Assembly (NCBI GenBank): GCA_049323875.1
Contig: JBMOLW010000030.1
Span: 224,393-288,392, forward strand
Direction of reading: 5' to 3'
DNA: 64,000 nucleotides
Origin: Nitrospirota bacterium
GTDB lineage: Bacteria; Nitrospirota; Thermodesulfovibrionia; Thermodesulfovibrionales; SM23-35
A program made the translations under genes and the position numbers. Below are positions 47,642 to 55,052 of this stretch, piece by piece (the stretch's first letter is position 1; the number at the start of each line of letters is the position of its first letter). The notes beneath the pieces are model-generated. The model did no database searches, was not told the DNA's origin, and was given only the letters and a program-made list of their open reading frames with translations.

Positions 47642-50347
47642 TTATGCTGTTGTATTCAGTTTACTGATCGTATTTTTCATTTCAGTGAGAAAATCTTCCC
47701 GGGTAAGGACCCCCCTATTGAGTATCCCCTGAATCCTCCCGTTCAGTTCATCGATCTCTTGTTCGGTAAGGTCTTTATGGGTCACAATAATGACCGGGAT
47801 ATCTTTCAGGCTGTCTTCTGTTTTCAGATATTCAACGACGTCAAAGCCCACATCCGGAGCGGTAGGATTGAGCACAATAAGATCAGGCTTGAAATCCTTT
47901 ATAGAATGCTTTGCGTCGTCGCTGTTATACGCAGTGGTTACCTGGTATTCAACTTCCCGGAGGACTCCGCCTATCATCCTTACTGTTTCCGGTTCATTAT
48001 CAACCACAAGCACCCTCTTGATCTTCTTCATTTTCTCGAGATTGGTAAGCTTGTGGAGGAGTGTCTCCTTCTCTACGGGCTTTATCAGATATTCGGCAGC
48101 GCCGAGGCTGAACCCCAATTTCGTATCGTCCACGATAGAGAGTATGATCACGGGGATATCCTGGGTCTCCGGGGTATTTTTCAGCTCCTGGAGCACCTGC
48201 CACCCGTTTTTCCGCGGCATCATGATATCAAGGGTTATCGCGAGAGGCAGGATTTCCTTGGCTTTTTCGACAGCACCCTCTCCACTGAGGAGGCCTACAA
48301 CCCGGTAATCATCTCCCAGGTATTTCTCGATTATCTCTATCGCTTCCGGGTTGTCGTCTATGGCGAGAATCACTTTTTTTCCGTCACCGCCCTGCGTCGT
48401 CTGCGGGGAAACGAGTTTCTCTTTTTCCTCATCACAGAGGATAAGTCCCTTGATGAGCTCGCATCCCTTGCAAAAGTCAACCTTTTCAGGATAGGCTGCG
48501 AGCTTCATCCCTGCGCAATGGGTTCCGAGGATCATCCAGCACCGGCTTTCCTTGCTTCCGTACGCAGGGCAACTCGGCTGACCACAGCGGACATATTCCC
48601 AGCACCGGATCGGCTTCCCTGCATATTCCGGCTCTCTGAGGAGGGCTTCGGTCGGGACTCCAAAATACTCGGCAAGCCCCTGCGCCATTCGCTTTTCAAC
48701 GACAGGCTGCTCGGGCTTATCGAGAACCTCCTTTTTAAACGGGATGGTGAAACAGAACCTGCTTCCTTCTCCGTATTTGCTCGTTACCCATATGAATCCC
48801 TTATGCAGCGATATCAGCCCCCGCGCAATACTCAGGCCAAGCCCGGTACCTTCATACTGCCTCACCGTAGTGAGGTCCACCTGGACAAACTTGTCGAAAA
48901 TCTTCCCGATATCCTCTTCCTTGATCCCTATGCCGGTATCTTCAACGCAGATTTCTGCGAATATCGGATCTTCTCCGGGTGCGATGCCACGTTCTGAAAT
49001 CTTTGCCCTGATCGTAATCCCTCCCTTGTGGGTAAATTTTATCGCATTCGATACCAGATTGATAAGTACCTGTTTAATTTTATCTTCATCGGCATAGAGC
49101 AAAGGAAGTCCTTCCCCGATATCATAGGAAAGATTCAGGTTCTTTTGTTTGATTTGAGGTTCAAAGGTCGGCATGACCGATTCGACAAGCCATCTGAAAT
49201 CTATCTCTTTCGGCGACAGTTTCATTTTCCCCGATTCAATCTTCGAGATATCGAGGACATCATTGATCAACTGGAGAAGATGCCGGGCATTCGCAGCAAC
49301 CTTCCTCAGGCTCTTTTCCTGTTCCTCATTCACCGGGCCGTCGACCTCATCCATCAGGAGATCGGTATATCCGATAATCGCGTTCATGGGCGTCCGGAGT
49401 TCATGGGACATGTTTGCGAGAAAAGTCGATTTCAGTTTATCAAGCTCTCTCAGTTCCCTGTTTGCCACTTCAAGCAGGGAAAGGAGCCTCGTCCTCTCGT
49501 TTAAGAGCGAGGTCTTCCTCTTCACCTCCTCCTCCAACGCCTTGCTCGTTGAAGATATCCTTCCAACCATCTCATTAAAGGTGTTCCCGAGGATACCGAT
49601 TTCATCCTCTGTTCTCACCTCGACGGTAACCGACATATCGCCTTCAGCGAATCTTTCTGCCTTCTCCGCCAGGCTTTCTACCGGTTGTCTCACGAGGCGG
49701 TTTACCATGAAGTAGACAAGAACAATGGAGAAGGGAATCAGGAACATCACGATCATGATGGTCCGGTTGCGCTGAGCAACGACTTGTGCGTATGTGCGCT
49801 CTGCATCGATTCTGACCACGATGCCGCCGAGGACTTTCCGCGAAGACCCGTGGCAGTGATAACAGTTCTCTTCATTCAGGATCGGACGCATAACGACAAG
49901 ATGTCTCTTCCCTCCCATAAGGTCTTCGAAAGGTTTGCGGGTATCAACCGGTGGGGTAATCCCGGTATTGAGGGTTTCAGCAAGGGTATCAAGAACCTCG
50001 TTATTCCGGATATGTTCTTTCAGTCCGGAACTGACCGATCTCTCATGGGTCGAGTAGACAATCTCCTGCTCAAAATCGCAGATGAAAACTTCCACGTCCT
50101 GCATCTTTTCCCGGATATCTGCCAGCTCTCTTACAATCGCCTCTTTGTCCCCGACTTCCATGGGGTATTTTATGCCTGCATAGACCGCGTCAGCCAGTTC
50201 AGTGCTCATCGCCGAGGCAATCTCAAGCCTGTCCTGCGTGCCGAAGTATATCCTCATATATATTTCTGCGATCAGCACCAACAGAATTATAACGAGCATT
50301 GCCACCATGATCTTATAGCCCAGTCTTTTCTTTATGAAACTTAGCAT
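47642..50347 (-). CDS. Hybrid sensor histidine kinase: periplasmic CxxCH-containing sensor, HAMP, HisKA, HATPase, Cys-rich insert, two receiver domains
   Basis: TM1 is IMVAMLVIILLVLIAEIY. The roughly 170-aa periplasmic domain ends in NCYHCHG. TM2 and a HAMP domain follow. The H-box is ANMSHELRTPMNAIIGY and the ATPase motifs are DTGIGI and GTGLGLSI. A Cys-rich segment follows (CWEYVRCGQPSCPAY...CWMILGTHCAG...CKGC...C). Two REC domains close the protein (VILAIDDNPE... and VLVVDNEPE...). Confidence 0.9.
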   Translation of the reverse strand: MLSFIKKRLGYKIMVAMLVIILLVLIAEIYMRIYFGTQDRLEIASAMSTELADAVYAGIKYPMEVGDKEAIVRELADIREKMQDVEVFICDFEQEIVYSTHERSVSSGLKEHIRNNEVLDTLAETLNTGITPPVDTRKPFEDLMGGKRHLVVMRPILNEENCYHCHGSSRKVLGGIVVRIDAERTYAQVVAQRNRTIMIVMFLIPFSIVLVYFMVNRLVRQPVESLAEKAERFAEGDMSVTVEVRTEDEIGILGNTFNEMVGRISSTSKALEEEVKRKTSLLNERTRLLSLLEVANRELRELDKLKSTFLANMSHELRTPMNAIIGYTDLLMDEVDGPVNEEQEKSLRKVAANARHLLQLINDVLDISKIESGKMKLSPKEIDFRWLVESVMPTFEPQIKQKNLNLSYDIGEGLPLLYADEDKIKQVLINLVSNAIKFTHKGGITIRAKISERGIAPGEDPIFAEICVEDTGIGIKEEDIGKIFDKFVQVDLTTVRQYEGTGLGLSIARGLISLHKGFIWVTSKYGEGSRFCFTIPFKKEVLDKPEQPVVEKRMAQGLAEYFGVPTEALLREPEYAGKPIRCWEYVRCGQPSCPAYGSKESRCWMILGTHCAGMKLAAYPEKVDFCKGCELIKGLILCDEEKEKLVSPQTTQGGDGKKVILAIDDNPEAIEIIEKYLGDDYRVVGLLSGEGAVEKAKEILPLAITLDIMMPRKNGWQVLQELKNTPETQDIPVIILSIVDDTKLGFSLGAAEYLIKPVEKETLLHKLTNLEKMKKIKRVLVVDNEPETVRMIGGVLREVEYQVTTAYNSDDAKHSIKDFKPDLIVLNPTAPDVGFDVVEYLKTEDSLKDIPVIIVTHKDLTEQEIDELNGRIQGILNRGVLTREDFLTEMKNTISKLNTTA

Positions 50348-50395
50348 AGTCTGCAGTCTTTCGTTATGCCGGCAGTTCTCTCCTCGCTGCGGGTA

Positions 50396-50911
50396 TCAGT
50401 GAGCACCCCCGTGAATCAGCGGCTTGTATCTAAACGCCTTCACCCGTTCCTCAGTATGACACACCTCACAGTCCGCGATGCTTAAACGCCTCTTGATATA
50501 CTGCGGACTCCTTGTCTTCACATGGAGCTCTCCGGGACCATGGCAGACCTCGCACCCGGCATTCTTCAGATGGGGTGTTTTTTCAACGCTCACAAACCCC
50601 CCGGGCTTTCCGTACCCGGTAGTATGACATGCGTAACACCCCCGTATTTCCTCCTCAGTCAATCCTTTCTTCACCCGATCAATACTGTTGTAAGATTTAC
50701 TCTTCTTGGCATATTTCATAAAACTGTCGTATTCCTTTTCATGACATTTTTGACAGACATCAGACCCAACATATACCGGGGGACCTTTCTTTGCCTGCGC
50801 ATAACTATGTCCGGGCTCTGCAACGGAAAATACCAGGAGAAGCAGGTGGAACCACGCAAGGAAAAATATGGAGGATGGTCTCATAATACTCATATTTTCT
50901 TGTATTGCCAA
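50396..50911 (-). CDS. Tetrahaem c-type cytochrome (c554-like small multihaem family), secreted
   Basis: Four CxxCH motifs: CQKCH, CYACH, CEVCH and CEVCH. Hydrophobic signal sequence IFFLAWFHLLLLVFSVAEPGHSYA. The start may be an internal ATG at 50893 or 50884. Confidence 0.85.
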   Translation of the reverse strand: MAIQENMSIMRPSSIFFLAWFHLLLLVFSVAEPGHSYAQAKKGPPVYVGSDVCQKCHEKEYDSFMKYAKKSKSYNSIDRVKKGLTEEEIRGCYACHTTGYGKPGGFVSVEKTPHLKNAGCEVCHGPGELHVKTRSPQYIKRRLSIADCEVCHTEERVKAFRYKPLIHGGAH

Positions 50912-50956
50912 AAAAATTGCAACAAACGGAACAGGATATTTCGGCTATACTATCAC

Positions 50957-51727
50957 ATGGCATATACCATCGCTGTTGCCGGGAAAGGCGGTACAGGGAA
51001 AACGACCCTCGCAGGCCTTACTGTCCGCTACCTGATCGAACAGAGAAAAAAACCTGTCCTTGCAGTCGACGCAGATCCGAACAATTGTCTGAACGAAGCC
51101 CTTGGAGTTCCAGTCCATGCGACGGTTGGAAAGCTGAGAGAAGATTCACTCCGGATCATCAGGAACGGTTCAGAAAGGCCCGGGAGCATGTCAATGGAGC
51201 AGCTTTTTGACTACAGGATACAACAGTCAATCATTGAATCAAAAGGTTTTGACCTGCTCGTCATGGGAAGACCCGAGGGGCCCGGCTGTTATTGCGCTGC
51301 AAACAATATTATCAGAAAATACACCGACAAGCTCTCAGAAACGTATCCCTATGTAGTTATTGATAACGAGGCGGGCATGGAGCACCTGAGCAGAAGGACT
51401 ACTCACCGGGTAAACCTGCTGATGATCGCAAGTGATCCTGGCATGCGAGGATTAGAGACCGCGAAAAGGATAAACGCCCTCGTCTCCGAACTTGAGCTGG
51501 ACATTGAGAACCGTGTGCTCCTCATCAACAGAATTTCCCTCCCCGAAGAATTCTCGCTGCAGAAGACGGCAGCGTGCCTGGGTCTCCGGGTTGGCGGAAT
51601 CGTGCCTCACGACGATGCCCTGTTCCAAATCGGCCTCAAGGGAGAGTCGGTTTTTCATCTCCCTGACGATGCAAAAGCACTCAGGTCTCTGTTCTCAATC
51701 CTTGATGCCCTGAATATTCCGTCCTGA
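50957..51727 (+). CDS. cooC: CooC/AcsF-type MinD-family ATPase (Ni-insertion accessory protein family)
   Basis: MAYTIAVAGKGGTGKTT is a deviant Walker A. LAVDADPN, the CxC metal motif GPGCYCAANN, and VVIDNEAGMEHL are present. The listed ORF from 50522 is an antisense read-through extension over the cytochrome gene. Confidence 0.8.
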   Translation: MAYTIAVAGKGGTGKTTLAGLTVRYLIEQRKKPVLAVDADPNNCLNEALGVPVHATVGKLREDSLRIIRNGSERPGSMSMEQLFDYRIQQSIIESKGFDLLVMGRPEGPGCYCAANNIIRKYTDKLSETYPYVVIDNEAGMEHLSRRTTHRVNLLMIASDPGMRGLETAKRINALVSELELDIENRVLLINRISLPEEFSLQKTAACLGLRVGGIVPHDDALFQIGLKGESVFHLPDDAKALRSLFSILDALNIPS

Positions 51728-51950
51728 CGACAAATACTTTATCTCTCGTCGACTTCTCCCTGCCTGGGAAATCCGGCGATCTCTTCGGGAACTGACTGAT
51801 ATATATGCATTCCGGACCCGATTTCAAACCCCGACGTATGGGTAATCCGCAGCACGATACTCAGGTACCAGAGAAACCTTCACAGCATAGCCCCCCATGG
51901 CATTCACCCGCTATAATTGCAAAATACCACGAACAGTTTTAGAATATTCC

Positions 51951-52265
51951 ATGAACCTATGCATTATCACGGGAAAAATATTGCCGTTTTTTCTTGTGCC
52001 GGTTCTGCTCTTTGCCTGCAGCGAGGACCAAACGAACCCGGTCGCAGGGTATGGAGATTCTCTTACCGGTGCCTATAAGCGCGGACAGCAGGCAGGTGAA
52101 GCTGCCAATCTCGACGCGGTGAAAAAAACTGTGGAAATGTACCGGGCTGCTCATGGAAGTTACCCGCAGAGCCTTGACGAAATAGAGGAGATCATGTCTT
52201 CACCGGTTGACCTTGCTCGCTATGAATACGATCCGGACACCGGTTCCGTCTCACTGAAAAAATAA
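51951..52265 (+). CDS. Small lipoprotein, unknown function
   Basis: MNLCIITGKILPFFLVPVLLFAC has a lipobox (LLFAC). 104 aa. No clear RBS, and the start is uncertain (alternative ATG 51897). Confidence 0.45.
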   Translation: MNLCIITGKILPFFLVPVLLFACSEDQTNPVAGYGDSLTGAYKRGQQAGEAANLDAVKKTVEMYRAAHGSYPQSLDEIEEIMSSPVDLARYEYDPDTGSVSLKK

Positions 52266-52294
52266 AGGCGCCCATAAGAAAGAGGTCATCAATC

Positions 52295-52324
52295 TTGACA
52301 GTTTTTCCGATTTCTCTTTATACT
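52295..52324 (+). promoter_or_regulatory. Sigma70-like promoter candidate for the yceD-rpmF-plsX-fabH operon
   Basis: Consensus -35 TTGACA (52295-52300), an 18-nt spacer, and -10 TATACT (52319-52324). It lies 37 nt upstream of the yceD ATG. Confidence 0.45.
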
Positions 52325-52360
52325 TATATACTTTGGGCTTAAAAAGTCTTTTTTCCCGGG

Positions 52361-52858
52361 ATGAAAATACTGATATCAGAAATACCCGATGAAGGGCTTG
52401 ATATCGATGAAAGCGAGAACATTGAATCCGATATCATCCGTTTACCGGTTCAGATACGATTGAGAGTTGAGAAAGTCGGTACCGAGGTAATGATCAGAGG
52501 GAATCTCATTGCAGAAGCTTACCTGCAATGCAGCCGCTGTGTCGGTGATTTCTGTTCTGTCCTTACCGTCCCGGTCGATGTAGTATATCATCCTCTTGCG
52601 GAACTCAAGGGTGACGAGAGCCACGAGGTTGCATCCGACGAACTCAATACGGATTTTTATAGCGGCGATGAGCTCGATATCCTCAGCCTGATCAATGAAC
52701 AGATTGAACTCGCTCTTCCGATGAAGCCTCTCTGCAGTGACCTCTGCAAGGGGATATGCCCGCAATGCGGTGCAGATCTGAACACCGGAACCTGTACCTG
52801 CATCCGTCAGGCGACAGACACACGGCTTGCTGCATTGAAAAAATATTTCCCTGAATGA
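52361..52858 (+). CDS. yceD: YceD/DUF177 family protein (23S rRNA accumulation protein)
   Basis: Conserved position immediately upstream of rpmF. C-terminal Cys cluster CSDLCKGICPQCGADLNTGTCTC is typical of DUF177. Confidence 0.85.
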   Translation: MKILISEIPDEGLDIDESENIESDIIRLPVQIRLRVEKVGTEVMIRGNLIAEAYLQCSRCVGDFCSVLTVPVDVVYHPLAELKGDESHEVASDELNTDFYSGDELDILSLINEQIELALPMKPLCSDLCKGICPQCGADLNTGTCTCIRQATDTRLAALKKYFPE

Positions 52859-52871
52859 AAGGAGCAAAAAA

Positions 52872-53060
52872 TTGGCGAATCCGACTCATAGACATTCGAA
52901 AGCACGGAGAGACAAGAGAAGGGCTAACTGGAAAGGCCAGATGCCGAACCTGAGTCTCTGCCCGGACTGTAACGAATTACGGATTTCCTTCAACGTATGT
53001 CCTCATTGCGGTTCGTACGACGGCCGCAAGGTTCTCGATATCATTGAAAAAGAGGCATGA
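52872..53060 (+). CDS. rpmF: 50S ribosomal protein L32
   Basis: TTG start preceded by AAAGGAG. ANPTHRHSKARRDKRRANWK plus zinc ribbon CPDC...CPHCG. Confidence 0.93.
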   Translation: MANPTHRHSKARRDKRRANWKGQMPNLSLCPDCNELRISFNVCPHCGSYDGRKVLDIIEKEA

Positions 53061-54085
53061 GGATTGCCCTTGACGCAATGGGGGGAGATTACGCCCCTGC
53101 TGTCAATATCGAGGGCGCTGTTGACACAACACGTGATTTCCCGGGAATTCATGTCATCCTCGTCGGTGACGAATCAATTCTTCGGAAAGGACTCGAAGGG
53201 AAACGGTATTCTTCGGACCGTTTATCTATTTTCCACGCCTCCCAGACCGTCGGCATGGAAGAATCTCCTTCAGCTGCAATTAGAAGAAAGAAGGACTCGT
53301 CGATACGGAAGGGGATTGATCTGGTCAAAGGCGGCGAAGCTGATGCGTTTGTAAGTGCAGGCCATTCCGGCGTTGTCATGGGCACCGCGCTTTTATGTCT
53401 TGGGGCTTCTGAGATGGTTGACCGTCCTGCAATAGCGACCATCATGCCGACACTGAAAGCGCCGTTTGTGCTCATTGATGCAGGCGCCAATATTCATTGC
53501 AAACCCCGTAACCTCCTGCAGTTTGCACTCATGGGGAATATTTACTGCAGGGTTATCCTCGGGAGGAATAATCCAAGGGTCGCACTCATCAGCACCGGAG
53601 AGGAAGACAGCAAGGGGAACGAACTCACCAAAGAGACCTATAAACTCCTGAAGGAGTCAGACGTGAATTTTATCGGAAATATAGACGGAAAGGATATCTT
53701 TACCGGGGATATTGATGTAATTGTCTGCGACGGGTTCACCGGCAATGTCATACTCAAGACAAGCGAAGGACTTGCTGATACCCTGATCAAGATGCTGAGA
53801 AGAGAGGTCGCGAACCTCACCTCAGGAAGGATCGGATATCTCTTCATCAAACCGGCACTGAAAAATTTCAAAAAGAAGACAGATTATGACGAATACGGCG
53901 GAGCCCCGCTCCTCGGAATCAACGGCACCTGTATCATAAGCCACGGGAGGTCGACTGCAAAGGCGATCCGCAACGCCATCAAGGTCGCCTCTGACCTTGC
54001 CGAAAAGAGAGTCTGGGAAACCATCTCATTTGCGATTGAGAAAGATCTCGCCCGTCACGAAAGACTGAAAAGTGCAAAGAAGTAG
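53057..54085 (+). CDS. plsX: Phosphate acyltransferase PlsX
   Basis: MRIALDAMGGDYAP N-terminus, VSAGHSG, and VCDGFTGNVILKT. ATGA overlap with rpmF. Confidence 0.95.
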   Translation: MRIALDAMGGDYAPAVNIEGAVDTTRDFPGIHVILVGDESILRKGLEGKRYSSDRLSIFHASQTVGMEESPSAAIRRKKDSSIRKGIDLVKGGEADAFVSAGHSGVVMGTALLCLGASEMVDRPAIATIMPTLKAPFVLIDAGANIHCKPRNLLQFALMGNIYCRVILGRNNPRVALISTGEEDSKGNELTKETYKLLKESDVNFIGNIDGKDIFTGDIDVIVCDGFTGNVILKTSEGLADTLIKMLRREVANLTSGRIGYLFIKPALKNFKKKTDYDEYGGAPLLGINGTCIISHGRSTAKAIRNAIKVASDLAEKRVWETISFAIEKDLARHERLKSAKK

Positions 54086-55052
54086 GATTATTTCCACTGG
54101 TTCGTTTCTTCCGGAAAAAGTCCTCACCAATCATGACCTTGAAAAAATGGTGGACACATCCGATAAATGGATCACCGAGAGAACAGGAATCAAGGAAAGG
54201 CGGATATCCGGTCCCGGTCAGGCAGCATCTGATCTCGCCTATGAGGCGTCACGGATTGCCCTTGAGAGAGCCGGAATCGGCGCCGGAGAAGTGAATGCAA
54301 TTATCGTCGGCACAATATCCGGTGACATGCCCTTCCCTTCAACTGCCTGCTTTCTGCAGGATAAGCTCGGGGCATCAAATGCCGTCGCCTTTGATGTCAA
54401 TGCCGCCTGTTCCGGTTTTCTCTATGCCCTCTATATTGCGGACAGTTTCATCAAATCCGGTCTCCAGGAAAAGATACTCGTGGTCGGCACCGAAATACTT
54501 TCACAGATAACCGACTGGGAAGACAGGACAACCTGTGTTCTCTTCGGTGACGGCGCGGGAGCCGTTCTCGTCGGTCCTTCTCAGGACGACCGGGGCTTGC
54601 TCTCGGTTCATATTCACTCTGACGGATCAATGTGGGACCTTATTTCAGTTCCCGGCGGAGGGTCACGCAATCCGGTTTCCCCTGATTCGATCAAACAGAG
54701 GCTTCACTATATCAAGATGAAAGGCAATGAAACGTTCAAGGTCGCGGTAAGGACTCTTGAGGAAATTGCCCTCACAACCCTTTCCCGGAACGGATTGGAC
54801 TCTTCGGATCTTTCACTGCTCATACCGCATCAGGCGAACCAGAGGATCATTCAGGCTACGGCAGACAGACTGAAGCTGCCGAAAGACAAAGTTGTGATGA
54901 ACCTTGAAAAGTACGGAAATACCTCTGCGGCTTCCATCCCGATAGCACTCGACGAAGCAGTCCGGACAGGAAGAATACAGGAGGGAGACTATATTCTGCT
55001 CGAAGCGTTCGGGGGCGGACTTACCTGGGCTTCCGCTCTAATAAAGTGGTGA
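54072..55052 (+). CDS. fabH: 3-oxoacyl-ACP synthase III
   Basis: GTG start. Active-site Cys in NAACSGFLYAL, His in IPHQANQRI, Asn in YGNTSAASIP. 326 aa. Confidence 0.95.
   Translation: MQRSRIISTGSFLPEKVLTNHDLEKMVDTSDKWITERTGIKERRISGPGQAASDLAYEASRIALERAGIGAGEVNAIIVGTISGDMPFPSTACFLQDKLGASNAVAFDVNAACSGFLYALYIADSFIKSGLQEKILVVGTEILSQITDWEDRTTCVLFGDGAGAVLVGPSQDDRGLLSVHIHSDGSMWDLISVPGGGSRNPVSPDSIKQRLHYIKMKGNETFKVAVRTLEEIALTTLSRNGLDSSDLSLLIPHQANQRIIQATADRLKLPKDKVVMNLEKYGNTSAASIPIALDEAVRTGRIQEGDYILLEAFGGGLTWASALIKW

Noticed and set aside
47582-48997. Listed 471-aa plus-strand ORF, together with other long plus-strand ORFs up to 50344.
   Set aside because: It is antisense to the 901-aa histidine kinase, whose domains are recognisable along its whole length. 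The composition is shadow-ORF-like with no motifs.
50522-50956. The 145-codon N-terminal extension of the CooC ORF (track start 50522).
   Set aside because: The extension is antisense to the tetrahaem cytochrome gene and has no family resemblance. The CooC family N-terminus (MAYTIAVAGKGGTGKTT) begins at the ATG at 50957.
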